From positions 12,586 through 76,585 of the forward strand of contig CANNHA010000001.1 in the NCBI GenBank assembly GCA_947504275.1: a stretch of 64,000 bases of DNA, written 5' to 3'. Source of the stretch: Flavobacteriales bacterium. GTDB taxonomy: Bacteria; Bacteroidota; Bacteroidia; Flavobacteriales_D; Sanyastnellaceae. A program made the position numbers and the translations under genes. Positions 52,768 through 63,600 of this stretch are shown here, one piece after another (within the stretch, counting starts at the first letter, position 1; every line of letters starts with the position of its first letter). Under the pieces are notes generated by a model. The model saw only the letters and a list, made by a program, of their open reading frames with translations. It was not told the DNA's origin and did not search any database.

Positions 52768-53616
52768 CTAGAGTTCACCAAAAGAAAAAACGCGTTCGGC
52801 ACGAATGCCTCTTTCGGTTTGCTTTAAAGTACAACACTCGTTTTGTGCGTCGTGCTCAAAGAACAATACCCATTGTTCATCCAATGCTTTTTGCAAGAAG
52901 ATCTCTTTTTCTGCCAAAGTGATCAAAGGTCGGGTGTCGTATCCCATCACATAAGGCAAGGGCAAGTGACCAACGCTCGGCAATAAGTCCGCCATAAACG
53001 CTACTTTTTTTCCTTTGTATTGCATCACCGGAATCATCATGCTCTCGGTATGTCCGTCGACAAAGAATACTTCAAAACCTAAGTCGGTGGATTGAAATTG
53101 TCCTGTGCGCTCAATGAATTTCAATTGACCACTTTCTTGAATGGGTAGAATGTTCTCCTTTAAAAAACTGGCTTTTTCTCTGGGGTTGGGTTCTGTGGCC
53201 CATTGCCAATGTTGGGCATTGCTCCAATAATGCGCGTTTTTGAAAGCAGGAACCAAACGCTCGGATTGCGCATCCCGCTGAATGGCTCCTCCGCAATGGT
53301 CAAAGTGAAGATGTGTCAAAAAAACATCGGTGATTTGATTGGAATGAAAACCCGCCGCTTGAATGCTCTTGTGCAATTCACCTTCACCGTGCAAGTGGTA
53401 GTGACCAAAAAACAAATCGCTTTGCTTTTGACCGATTCCCGTGTCAATCAGAATGAGACGGTTTCCCTCTTCAATGAGCATGCATCGCATGGCCCAGGTG
53501 CACAAATTGTTGTCGTCAGCAGGATTGGTTTTGCTCCAAATGATTTTTGGGACAACACCAAACATGGCGCCACCATCGAGCTTGAAAAAACCGGTATCTA
53601 TCGGGTGAATCTTCAT
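52768..53616 (-). CDS. MBL-fold metallo-hydrolase
   Basis: THLHFDHCGG (HxHxDH) motif. Start set at MKIHPIDTGFF (cat 53614-53616). Confidence 0.8.
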   Translation of the reverse strand: MKIHPIDTGFFKLDGGAMFGVVPKIIWSKTNPADDNNLCTWAMRCMLIEEGNRLILIDTGIGQKQSDLFFGHYHLHGEGELHKSIQAAGFHSNQITDVFLTHLHFDHCGGAIQRDAQSERLVPAFKNAHYWSNAQHWQWATEPNPREKASFLKENILPIQESGQLKFIERTGQFQSTDLGFEVFFVDGHTESMMIPVMQYKGKKVAFMADLLPSVGHLPLPYVMGYDTRPLITLAEKEIFLQKALDEQWVLFFEHDAQNECCTLKQTERGIRAERVFSFGEL

Positions 53617-53686
53617 CGTTTTCGTTTCGGCAAAGGTAGTTAACCCAAGCATTTTATGGCTTACCTTAGCGCTTTGAAATTAGATC

Positions 53687-55048
53687 ATGAGCAACAATCC
53701 TTTGATGGCCATTTCACCTGTTGATGGCCGGTACCATTCTTCGACAAACGTATTGAATCAGTATTTTTCTGAATTTGCCTTAATCAAGTACCGTGTTTGG
53801 GTGGAGGTAGAATACATCATCGCCTTGTCAGAAATTCCTTTGCCCCAGCTGCGCGCTTTCAAGCCCGCACATGGCGAGCAATTGCGCAATTGGGTCGAGA
53901 ATTTTTCGGAGGTTGATGCCTTGAAGATCAAGGAGTATGAAAAGACCACCAACCACGATGTGAAAGCAGTGGAGTATGCCGTGAAGGATCAGTTGGAAGC
54001 GATGGGCATGGGTGCTATTAAAGAATTTGTGCATTTTGGATTGACCTCACAAGACATCAACAATACAGCCATTCCAGCCAGTTTGCGTGATGCTTTGGAC
54101 GATGTATATCTTCCAGAGATGGAGGTTTTGATTGATCAAATTTTGTCCAGTGCAAAAGAGTGGAAGGATGTGGCCATGTTGGCCAAGACCCATGGTCAGC
54201 CTGCATCACCAACGCGTTTGGGCAAAGAGATTTGTGTTTTTGTTGAGCGTTTGGAGGCCCAGTTGGATCAGTTGGAAGAGATTCCAGCTTCTGCCAAATT
54301 TGGTGGTGCAACAGGGAATTTCAATGCACATGCGGTGGCTTACCCTGATATCGATTGGGTGGAGTTTGCCAATGATTTTTTAGAAGAAAAATTAGAGTTG
54401 CACCGTTCTCAATACACGACGCAAATTGAACATTATGACAACCTGGCGGCAACATTTGATGTCATCAAAAGAATGAATGTAATCCTGCTGGACTTGTGCC
54501 GCGACATGTGGTCCTATGTCAGCATGGAGTACTTTAAGCAAAAGACCAAAGAGGGAGAGATTGGTTCATCGGCCATGCCGCACAAGGTTAATCCGATTGA
54601 CTTTGAAAATGCAGAGGGAAATTTGGGAATTGCCAATGCGCTGTTGGAGCACTTGTCTGCCAAGCTCCCTGTATCTCGTTTGCAGCGCGATTTGACCGAC
54701 AGCACAGTATTGAGAAATATTGGCGTTCCATTGGCGCATACATTGTTGGCCTTGAAGAGCATTCAGAAAGGTTGGTCCAAATTGTTGCTCAACGAGGCGG
54801 CATTGCAGCATGATTTAGATAAGAATTGGGCGGTAGTGGCAGAGGCCATTCAAACCATTTTGCGCAGAGAAAATTATCCTGCTCCTTATGAGGCGTTGAA
54901 GAAATTGACCAGAGGGAATGAAATCAATCAAGCATCCATAGCTCAATTTATAGACGAGTTGGATGTTGCTGATGCTATCAAAAATGAGATGCGAAAAATT
55001 TCACCGCACAATTATACTGGTGTTCATTTGATGGATTTGGTTGATTAA
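53687..55048 (+). CDS. purB: adenylosuccinate lyase
   Basis: ISPVDGRY start, HFGLTSQDINNTA and the SSAMPHKVNPIDFEN signature. Confidence 0.9.
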   Translation: MSNNPLMAISPVDGRYHSSTNVLNQYFSEFALIKYRVWVEVEYIIALSEIPLPQLRAFKPAHGEQLRNWVENFSEVDALKIKEYEKTTNHDVKAVEYAVKDQLEAMGMGAIKEFVHFGLTSQDINNTAIPASLRDALDDVYLPEMEVLIDQILSSAKEWKDVAMLAKTHGQPASPTRLGKEICVFVERLEAQLDQLEEIPASAKFGGATGNFNAHAVAYPDIDWVEFANDFLEEKLELHRSQYTTQIEHYDNLAATFDVIKRMNVILLDLCRDMWSYVSMEYFKQKTKEGEIGSSAMPHKVNPIDFENAEGNLGIANALLEHLSAKLPVSRLQRDLTDSTVLRNIGVPLAHTLLALKSIQKGWSKLLLNEAALQHDLDKNWAVVAEAIQTILRRENYPAPYEALKKLTRGNEINQASIAQFIDELDVADAIKNEMRKISPHNYTGVHLMDLVD

Positions 55049-56856
55049 TGAAATCAAAGGCTTTTAAAGATATCATTGCGCTTTGCGCACCTTACAAGAA
55101 GGAATTGTTGACCAATTTCTTGATGAATGTTGTGAATTCAATATTCTCATTATTCACATTCCTCAGTGTTGTCCCATTTTTATACATCCTCTTTAAAGTT
55201 CAGAATCAATCTGCCGTTGGAGGAGGGAATAACAAATGGTGGGAGATTGCCGAGCAAGCGTTAAATGGTTATGTTGAACGCCATGGAGAGATCAATGCCT
55301 TGATGTTAATGTGTGGGGTAATAGTGATTTTGGCTTTACTCAAGAATTTGACCAATTATCTTTCCTTGTTGAGCATTGCCAAGGTTAGAACTGCCATTTC
55401 TCGGGATCTTAGATCAAAATTGTACGCCAAAATATTGCGACTGTCTGTTGCATTTTATACCCACGAGAAAAAAGGTGATTTGATTTCGCGAATGACCAAT
55501 GATCTCATGGAAATTGAATTCTCAGTGATTGGAGCCTTGGAAGCCTTGCTCAAAGCGCCTATCATGTTGGTGATTTCCATTGTTACCTTGTTTGTTATTT
55601 CTTGGCAATTGACTTTGTTTGCACTTATATTCTTGCCCGTGAGTGGTATTTTGATTTCAAGAATTGCTAAGAGTTTGAAGAATGCAGCCAAACGTGGAAA
55701 AGGCAGTTTGGGAGAATTGATTTCAGTGATAGAGGAGACCTTGACGGGAATGAGGGTGGTCAAGGTTTTCAATGCGGAAAAATATTTTGCTCAGAAATTC
55801 AATGATGAAAACGAGTCCTATTTTAAACTTATGCATAGGCTTTACAGAAGAGAGTACCTGAGCTCACCAATGTCTGAATTTATTTCCATGTCCGTTATCG
55901 CAATTCTCTTGTTTGTTGGTGGTAAGATTGTATTGGATCACGAAATGTCTGGGGCTTTATTGATTGGATATTTGGTTGTTTTTTCTCAAGTCATTCAGCC
56001 TGCAAGGGCATTGTCTGAAGCTGTTTTTAAAGTCAGCAAGGGTGCAGCTTCTTTGGAGCGTGTGAATGAAATCATGCATGCAGATGAGTCAGTTCAGGAC
56101 GGTATCGACGCTTCTGAAATGAATCATTTCGAAGGCGAAATAAGTTTTCAAGGTGTTTCATTTGGCTATGGTGATAAAGGTGTTTTAAAGAGTATTTCAT
56201 TCACTGTAAAGAAAGGCCAGACTGTGGCTTTGGTGGGTCCTTCAGGAAGTGGGAAGTCTACCATTGCTTCCTTGATGGTTCGTTTGATGGATCCTCAGTC
56301 AGGGGATATTTTGGTTGACGGTGTGTCATTGCGCAATAGATCAATTGCTTCATGGAGAAACCACATTGGCGTTGTAACGCAGGATTCAATCTTGTTCAAC
56401 GATACAATTGCCAAGAACATAGCATTGGGTTCAGATCAAGTGAACCATGAACGTGTTGTTTCTGTTGCTAAAATGGCCAATGCCTTGGAATTTATAGAGC
56501 ATTGTCCTGGTCAATGGGAATTCAATGTTGGAGATGGTGGTAGCAAGCTGTCTGGGGGGCAAAAGCAAAGACTGTGTATTGCCCGTGCATTGTATAAAAA
56601 TCCACCGATTCTAATTTTGGATGAAGCTACATCGGCGTTGGACACGCAGAGTGAACAGCTGGTTCAAGAGGCCATTCAAAACATGATGAAGGACAGAACG
56701 AGCGTTGTTATTGCCCATCGTTTGAGCACAGTTCAAAATGCAGATTGTATTTTGGTAATTGATCACGGAGAAATTGTACAAAAAGGCAAGCATACAGAAT
56801 TGATGCAGCAGGAAGGTTTGTACAAAACTTTAGTTGAATTACAGGAATTGGGTTAA
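55048..56856 (+). CDS. ABC transporter permease/ATPase (MsbA-like exporter)
   Basis: Six-TM domain, then Walker A GPSGSGKST, signature LSGGQKQR and Walker B ILILDEATSALD. Confidence 0.85.
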   Translation: MKSKAFKDIIALCAPYKKELLTNFLMNVVNSIFSLFTFLSVVPFLYILFKVQNQSAVGGGNNKWWEIAEQALNGYVERHGEINALMLMCGVIVILALLKNLTNYLSLLSIAKVRTAISRDLRSKLYAKILRLSVAFYTHEKKGDLISRMTNDLMEIEFSVIGALEALLKAPIMLVISIVTLFVISWQLTLFALIFLPVSGILISRIAKSLKNAAKRGKGSLGELISVIEETLTGMRVVKVFNAEKYFAQKFNDENESYFKLMHRLYRREYLSSPMSEFISMSVIAILLFVGGKIVLDHEMSGALLIGYLVVFSQVIQPARALSEAVFKVSKGAASLERVNEIMHADESVQDGIDASEMNHFEGEISFQGVSFGYGDKGVLKSISFTVKKGQTVALVGPSGSGKSTIASLMVRLMDPQSGDILVDGVSLRNRSIASWRNHIGVVTQDSILFNDTIAKNIALGSDQVNHERVVSVAKMANALEFIEHCPGQWEFNVGDGGSKLSGGQKQRLCIARALYKNPPILILDEATSALDTQSEQLVQEAIQNMMKDRTSVVIAHRLSTVQNADCILVIDHGEIVQKGKHTELMQQEGLYKTLVELQELG

Positions 56857-57248
56857 CTCTTTTGATCTCCCTTGTACTCAATGAAAAAATGAGCCCAAAT
56901 GCTGCGGGAAAGTCTGAACATATAAGGAAATAACACCAGGCTGGTGCCAATTCCTGAGAATAAAAATGTCAAGGGATGAGTTAGGAATCCAAATTCCATC
57001 CATCCCCACCAGTCAAAACATTTTAAGGCTACAAGAACGGAAACCCATGTGGCTACCGTTAGTGCCCAAGAAACATAAGCCGCACCAAAATAGAATCCAG
57101 GTTCTGGTTGTAAATCCTCTCCGCAATGACTACAGTGCTTTTTGCTTTTGCTTAAATCTTTAAAGGTATACAATGAAGGATTTTCATACATGCTGTCTGT
57201 GTGACAGGCTGGACATTTAAAAGTAATGGTAGAAACAAATGCACTCAT
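56853..57248 (-). CDS. DUF983-like small membrane protein
   Basis: CPACH...CSHCG zinc-ribbon-like N-terminus followed by two TM helices. Start set at ATG 57248. Confidence 0.6.
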   Translation of the reverse strand: MSAFVSTITFKCPACHTDSMYENPSLYTFKDLSKSKKHCSHCGEDLQPEPGFYFGAAYVSWALTVATWVSVLVALKCFDWWGWMEFGFLTHPLTFLFSGIGTSLVLFPYMFRLSRSIWAHFFIEYKGDQKS

Positions 57249-57307
57249 ACTAAGGATTTTGATGAGGACAAAGTTAAAGGGAATGATTTCTCTTTCTGTG
57301 ATGAATA

Positions 57308-58291
57308 TCACTTCACACAAACCACGGTGTCTAGTAAGGTACCGTAAGCGATAAAGGATCCCAATCCACCAATTACATTGGATCTCAAGTTGTAAGGCAG
57401 TGCAAAAGGACCTCCACCTTGATTTTCGAAATCAAAAATAAATTGAAAGCCAGGATAGTCTATCGTTTGGCCCTTGACAACAACGGTATCGCCAATTTTG
57501 TAATAACCGGCTTCATCGCCTTTATCGTCAAATTTTTCAGAATTTAGAGATTGTCCGCGGTAGTATGAAAAGTCAAAACTTAATCCATTGAAAAAAGCAT
57601 CATCCGTCACAGAATTGAAGGGATAAATAAAATCCGGATCCTTGATTTGACCGATAAGGTCGAGTTGATCAGCAGGTGCATTGGTGTAGCGATTGATGCG
57701 CTTTGCAGACCAACGGTAACAATTCCCCAAGGTATCAGGATCTGTTAACCGAGCATACAAGAAACCCAATGAGTCGCCAGGATTTCCTGAAGGGCTGTCA
57801 AACCACAAACTGTCCAATGGAATGGCCGTATTGAGTTTGGTTCTTGCAGTCACCGTTCTGCCATTGTGGACAACCTTTAAATCATACACTTTGTTGAACT
57901 GACCCCAGAAGGCAGGATTTAAAGATGTATAAGCACAAAAATTATTGGCCGCAATTTGTTCTGCAGGTATGCCAATCAAATCAGCTACTTGCTCTAGTTG
58001 CTCGGGAGTCAGACTTGCCGCGTTAATGTTAATCAGCGTATCCGTTAAACCATCTACTGTTAATGTGACTTTGGCGTCGCAGATATAAAAGTTTTGAAGT
58101 GTTTCTGCATTGATGGGGTCAAAATAACCTTGCGATTGACTTAAGAAAATGATTGGAGGCAATCCATTCTCAATGGTCCCCTCTACAACAATGAGAGATT
58201 CGGCTTGAGGAAGATCCACAGTAATTTCTTTTTCGCACGAGGAAAAAACCGATGCTAGGAAAACGAGGATGAAGAAATAAATGTTTTTCAC
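57308..58291 (-). CDS. DUF4249-like lipoprotein
   Basis: Lipobox VFSSC, then EKEITVDLPQAESLIVVEGTIENG, typical of DUF4249. Family named from memory. Confidence 0.6.
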   Translation of the reverse strand: MKNIYFFILVFLASVFSSCEKEITVDLPQAESLIVVEGTIENGLPPIIFLSQSQGYFDPINAETLQNFYICDAKVTLTVDGLTDTLININAASLTPEQLEQVADLIGIPAEQIAANNFCAYTSLNPAFWGQFNKVYDLKVVHNGRTVTARTKLNTAIPLDSLWFDSPSGNPGDSLGFLYARLTDPDTLGNCYRWSAKRINRYTNAPADQLDLIGQIKDPDFIYPFNSVTDDAFFNGLSFDFSYYRGQSLNSEKFDDKGDEAGYYKIGDTVVVKGQTIDYPGFQFIFDFENQGGGPFALPYNLRSNVIGGLGSFIAYGTLLDTVVCVK

Positions 58292-58412
58292 ATTTCAAAT
58301 GTACGCTTGGAAATGCCCAAACGATTTTCTTCGTTAACATTTCTTCAAATTTTAACGGCAACAAGTTTATGCTTTTTCAGTTGTAATTTTGAAGCAGAAA
58401 ATTGTATTGCAG

Positions 58413-59861
58413 ATGAAACAGAATTGGTGGTTATTATCAAGCGCAGCCCTTCTGGGAGGAGGTGTAGCTTTAATCGGTAGTGCATTATTGCAGTGGGGCA
58501 GTCCTCAAATGAGTATAGGAAATGGTTTACCAACTCACCAGGTTTCCTATACAGGGGGCTTGCCAGTTGATATGAATACCGATTTTGTTGGAGCGGCTGA
58601 CCGCTCCGTTAATTGTGTCGTTCACGTGAAGACAGAAAGTACGGTAAGTCCGGCTTACAATCCATGGTTTGATTTTTTTGGTTATCAGCAACAACCTCAA
58701 GTGCAGCAAGGCACTGGAAGTGGTGTCATCATCTCTAACGATGGATACATCATCACCAACAATCACGTGGTGGAAGGCGCACAAAAATTAATTGTTACCT
58801 TAAACAACAACAAGAATTATACAGCAGAATTGGTGGGTCGTGATCCAAGCACTGATATCGCGGTTCTCAAAATTGATGAAGACAATCTACCGGCTATAAC
58901 TTGGGGAAACAGTGAAGATGTTAAGGTGGGAGAGTGGATTTTGGCTGTGGGTAATCCATTCGAGTTGACCTCAACCGTGACAGCCGGTATCGTGAGTGCC
59001 AAGGCCCGAAATATTAATTTGATCGGGAACAGAAACAATGGCTCTGAGGAAATTTTTCCTGTGGAATCTTTTATTCAAACTGATGCGGCAGTGAACCCAG
59101 GAAATAGTGGTGGCGCATTGGTCAATGCCAAGGGAGAGTTGGTTGGAATCAATACGGCAATAGCTTCCCGAACAGGTGTTTTTTCGGGATACTCATTTGC
59201 GGTGCCCACAACCATTGCCAGGAAAGTGGCTCAGGATATCATCGAGTTTGGTCGCGTGCAAAGGGCATTTATTGGAGTTAAAATTTCTGAGGTTTCTGAA
59301 GATATTGCCAAAGACAAAGGTTTGAATGAAGTAGCTGGGATTTTGGTAAATGGAGTTACGGCTTCAGATACAGAAATTAAAGAGGGTGATGTTATTTTAA
59401 AAGTAGGCGATAGAGCAGTGAAGAATGTGCCTCAGTTGCAAGAACAGGTAGCGAAGTATCGCCCTGGTGACAAGGTAAAATTGGGGATCTGGAGAAACAA
59501 CAAATGGCAGGAAATAACAGTGGCACTGAAGAACAGAAGTGGCAAGGCTGAGTTGAGTAATTTTGAGGCAGAAGCTGCAGCCAATGTTAGTTCTTTGGGA
59601 GCCGATTTTGGAGCTGTATCCAACGATGAAAAAATGAAGTTGCGGATAAAGGGTGGTGCAAAAATCAAATCGATTAGCCCAGGGAAATTGAAAGCAGCGG
59701 GTATTCAGCCTGGATTTATTATTACAAAAGTGGATGAAGATATGGTTGAAACTCCTGAGGATTTAAAACGTGTTTTGGGTTCTAAGAGCAAAGGGGAGGG
59801 TATCATGATTGAGGGAGTATACCCCAATGGTACCCGAGCTTATTACGGTTTTGGATTGTAA
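58413..59861 (+). CDS. Do/DegP/HtrA-family serine protease with two PDZ domains
   Basis: Catalytic triad context NNHVV, DIAVLK and GNSGGAL, with two PDZ-like segments. Start set at ATG 58413. Confidence 0.85.
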   Translation: MKQNWWLLSSAALLGGGVALIGSALLQWGSPQMSIGNGLPTHQVSYTGGLPVDMNTDFVGAADRSVNCVVHVKTESTVSPAYNPWFDFFGYQQQPQVQQGTGSGVIISNDGYIITNNHVVEGAQKLIVTLNNNKNYTAELVGRDPSTDIAVLKIDEDNLPAITWGNSEDVKVGEWILAVGNPFELTSTVTAGIVSAKARNINLIGNRNNGSEEIFPVESFIQTDAAVNPGNSGGALVNAKGELVGINTAIASRTGVFSGYSFAVPTTIARKVAQDIIEFGRVQRAFIGVKISEVSEDIAKDKGLNEVAGILVNGVTASDTEIKEGDVILKVGDRAVKNVPQLQEQVAKYRPGDKVKLGIWRNNKWQEITVALKNRSGKAELSNFEAEAAANVSSLGADFGAVSNDEKMKLRIKGGAKIKSISPGKLKAAGIQPGFIITKVDEDMVETPEDLKRVLGSKSKGEGIMIEGVYPNGTRAYYGFGL

Positions 59862-59881
59862 TTGAAATTTCTTTCCTGAAA

Positions 59882-59913
59882 ATACAACGGGTTTGCAATA
59901 CCTGTTGTATTTT
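59882..59913 (+). terminator. terminator-like hairpin after htrA
   Basis: atacaacgggt (59882-59892) pairs with acctgttgtat (59900-59910), including one G-U pair, followed by ttt. Confidence 0.55.
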
Positions 59914-59921
59914 CGACACCC

Positions 59922-60617
59922 GTGAGGAAGAAGATAAATATTGCCATTGACGGATACTCATCCTGCGGGAAAAGTACCATTGCCAAAGCAGTTGCTAAGG
60001 CTCTTTATTATTTTTATGTTGATACTGGAGCGATGTACAGGGCGATTACCTTGTTTGCCCTTCAAAACAATTGTATCAAAAAAGACCAAACTATTGATGA
60101 GCCTCTGCTCATTCGTTTATTGGATCATGTTGTTGTTTCATTTAAATACAACACTGATTCTGGAGAGCAAGAAATTTATTTGAACGGGGTCAATGTGGAA
60201 AGAGAGATTAGATCGATTCAAGTTTCTAATCATGTTTCTTTGATTAGCGCTGTGAGAGAGGTTAGGGTAAAATTGGTTCGTTTGCAAAAGCGTCTTGCTG
60301 AATCCAAAGGTGTCGTGATGGATGGAAGAGATATTGGTACTGTTGTTATGCCTGATGCGGATTTGAAAATCTTTATGATGGCTGATGCTGATGTTCGCTC
60401 TAAGCGCAGATACGATGAGTTGATAGCTGCTGGACTGGATGTTTCTTTGGAAGAGATTAAAAGCAATATTACAAATCGTGATTTGATTGATACAACAAGG
60501 GAAATGGACCCATTGCGTCAGGCTGAAGATGCAGTTGTGGTGGATAATTCCAATCTGACCATCGATGAGCAGTTTGAATTTGTGATGGCTCAAGCTGTCA
60601 AGAGGATCGAACAGTAA
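59922..60617 (+). CDS. cmk: cytidylate kinase
   Basis: IAIDGYSSCGKSTIAK P-loop and VMDGRDIGTVV motif. GTG start. Confidence 0.9.
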   Translation: MRKKINIAIDGYSSCGKSTIAKAVAKALYYFYVDTGAMYRAITLFALQNNCIKKDQTIDEPLLIRLLDHVVVSFKYNTDSGEQEIYLNGVNVEREIRSIQVSNHVSLISAVREVRVKLVRLQKRLAESKGVVMDGRDIGTVVMPDADLKIFMMADADVRSKRRYDELIAAGLDVSLEEIKSNITNRDLIDTTREMDPLRQAEDAVVVDNSNLTIDEQFEFVMAQAVKRIEQ

Positions 60618-60692
60618 TTCAACAAATCCTTGTTTGCCATTTTTACATTACTCTTTTAATGTCTCTCTTCAACTGCGTTACCTTGGCGTTTG

Positions 60693-63600
60693 ATGAGAAG
60701 GATTATTCTAGGATTATATTTTTTAGCAGCGATTTGTTTTGATTTACAGGCTCAGCCTGTGTTTACGCGTGTCCCAACACCATGGGCGGATTCCGTTTTT
60801 AAATCACTTTCGTTGGATCAGAAAATTGGGCAGCTTTTTATGGTACCCGCTTGGAGTGATCCTAAGCATATTTATTTCAATGATAAGCAGGTGTCGGAGT
60901 GGATCACTAAGTATGGTGTGGGTGGAATTATATTTTTTCAAGGAGGTCCTCAAAATCAATTGAAGTTTACTCAGCGATACCAAGACATGTCATCTATTCC
61001 TCTCTTGATTGGAATGGACGCGGAGTGGGGTTTGAGCATGCGTCTAGATTCAACTATTCTTTATCCTAGGCAAATGACATTGGGTGCTTTGTCTGATATG
61101 GAAATCGTAAAGAACTATGCGGCCGAAACAGCAAGACAATTAAAAAGATTGGGCGTGCATTTTAGTTTTTCGCCTGTTGTTGACATCAATAACAATCCAA
61201 AGAATCCGGTTATTAGCAATCGCTCATTTGGGGAAGATAGAGATGCTGTATTGAGGGCAAGTCAGGCCTTTATGGAAGGGTTGCAAGAGAATCATATTTT
61301 GGCCTGTGCCAAACATTTCCCTGGACATGGTGATACCGATACCGATAGCCATGAAGACATGCCTGTTATTCCTTTTTCAAAAGAGCGGTTAGACAGCTTG
61401 GAGTTGTACCCTTATCGTCCGTTGTTTGATCAAGGTCTTTCCAGTGTGATGACAGGGCACTTATATGTTCCTGCCTATGAGAATCGACCAGGAATCCCAG
61501 CCTCTTTGTCCACTTCTTTGATTCAAGATTTATTGAAAGGGCAAATGGGCTTTAAAGGGTTAATAGTGACGGATGCCTTGAACATGCAGGGTGTGGCCAA
61601 ACACTTTAAGCCAGGCGAGATGGAAGTGATGGCCATTCAAGCAGGTAATGATATTTTACTTTTCCCATCGAATATTCCTAAAGCCATTGAAGCCATTAAA
61701 GCCAAATTAGTTAGTGGTGAATTGTCCATGGATCGCATAAATGAAAGTTGTTATAAAATTCTACAGAGCAAGGAATGGTGTGGATTGAATGCAGGTGTTC
61801 ATTTGAATAAAGTCGATATCATGCAGGATTTGGGGCAGCCCCAAGCTCTTCAGATTTATCAAGAGGTTAATGCGGGTGCTTTGACTTTGATAAAGACGGA
61901 TTCAACTGCAATGAAGTCTTGGAGAGATCCCTTGAGCAAGAAGGTTTTGGTAGTCATTGGAGGAGATTCAACCAGCCAAATTGTGTCATCCGCAAAGGCA
62001 TTATATCATGTTGATTTTCACTTTTGGCCACGTGATATAGACTCTACTTGGAAGGATACAGCTCAGGTTTTATTGTCGCTGCTCAATGCTTATGATTTGG
62101 TTGGTTTTGCATTCATCAATACATCTAGTAAAGCTTCTAAGAATTTTAGTGTTTCACCATACTGGTTGAAATGGATTTCAAATTGGGAAAATGAAAAGAA
62201 TAAAATGCTTTTGCTCTTTTCCAATCCATACGCTGTTGGAAACGAATTGGATGTTTTGAATTTTGATATTATCGCAACTGGGTATCAAGATGATGAATTG
62301 ACCCAACATGTCATGATCGAGGCCATTTCTGGTGCAAGATCATTCACCGGGAAATTACCAGTGAGTGTAGGTTCCATGTGGAGATGTGGGGATGGCGTCC
62401 AACTTCCAAGATGGAATGTTTTGTCAAAATCTGTTTATAGTTCACCGGAGCAATTGCGGTTGATTAAATCTCGAAATATTGTTGTGCCAAAGAACAAAGA
62501 GTATTTGGAGAACATGTTTCAAGTGGAGCAAGAGAGCAACAGTTTTCAGTATCGTTACCAATGGAAACGTGTTGATTCTTTGGTTAACGCTGGCTTGATG
62601 GAAGGTGCCTTTCCGGGTTGCCGATTGTTGGTTGCTCAGGGAGGTGAAATAGTATATGACCATGCCTATGGTTACTTGGATCATAAACAGAAAAGTTCTG
62701 TGCGCTTGAATACCGTTTATGATTTGGCGTCTATTACAAAATTATCAGCTTCAGCTTTAGCAATGATGTGGATGTATGATCGGGGTTATTGGACTTTGGA
62801 ATCAAACCTTGGAGAGAGTTTGTCCTTTCCACGTAAATCGCCTTATGCCAAGATAAAATGGAGGGATTTACTCTCTCATCAAGCCGGACTAAAAAACTTT
62901 ATTCCCTTTGCTAGCGTTTTCAATTCAGCAGCTTGGCATAGAGAGAGAAAGGAAAGTTCAGACAGAATTGTTGCTGATAGTCTTTACGCCGATAGTTGTA
63001 TCGTTGATGCAATCAGAAGGAGGATTCTGGAAACTCCATTGAAACTGCCAGCACAATATGAATACAGTGACCTTGGGTATTTTTTCGTAAAGGAGTTTGT
63101 TGAATTGAAGACGGGTAAGACTTGGACTGAGTTTTTAAACGAGAACTTTTACCATCCCATGGGATTGAGTACACTTGGTTATCTTCCTCTGGAAAGATTG
63201 GACAGTAACCTAATTGCCCCAACTGAGAATGACACCGTTTTTCGGCATCAAATGATACGTGGTTATGTTCATGATGAGACTGCGGCGTTGATGGGTGGTG
63301 TAGCTGGACATGCCGGATTGTTTTCTGATGCCTATGATCTGGCAGCAATTCTTCAAATGTTGAATGGAAAAGGAAACTACAGGGGGAGGCAACTTATTCA
63401 ACCAGAAACGGTGGACTTGTTTAATCAAAGACACTTGGCAGGGAATAGACGTGGATTGGTTTTGGATAAACCACCGTTGAATGGAACCAATGGAGGCAGC
63501 GCTTCAGTATTGGTTTCGGACGTCAGTTTTGGACATACGGGATTTACAGGAACCATGGGATGGGTGGATCCTGAACATGATTTGGTTTTTGTCTTTCTAA

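Noticed and set aside
53203-53643. 146-aa plus-strand ORF opposite the MBL-fold hydrolase gene.
   Set aside because: The minus-strand protein carries the HxHxDH metallo-beta-lactamase motif and spans the whole interval. The plus ORF has no features.
60138-60593. 151-aa minus-strand ORF inside cmk.
   Set aside because: It is antisense to an unambiguous cytidylate kinase with P-loop and family motifs. Shadow ORF.
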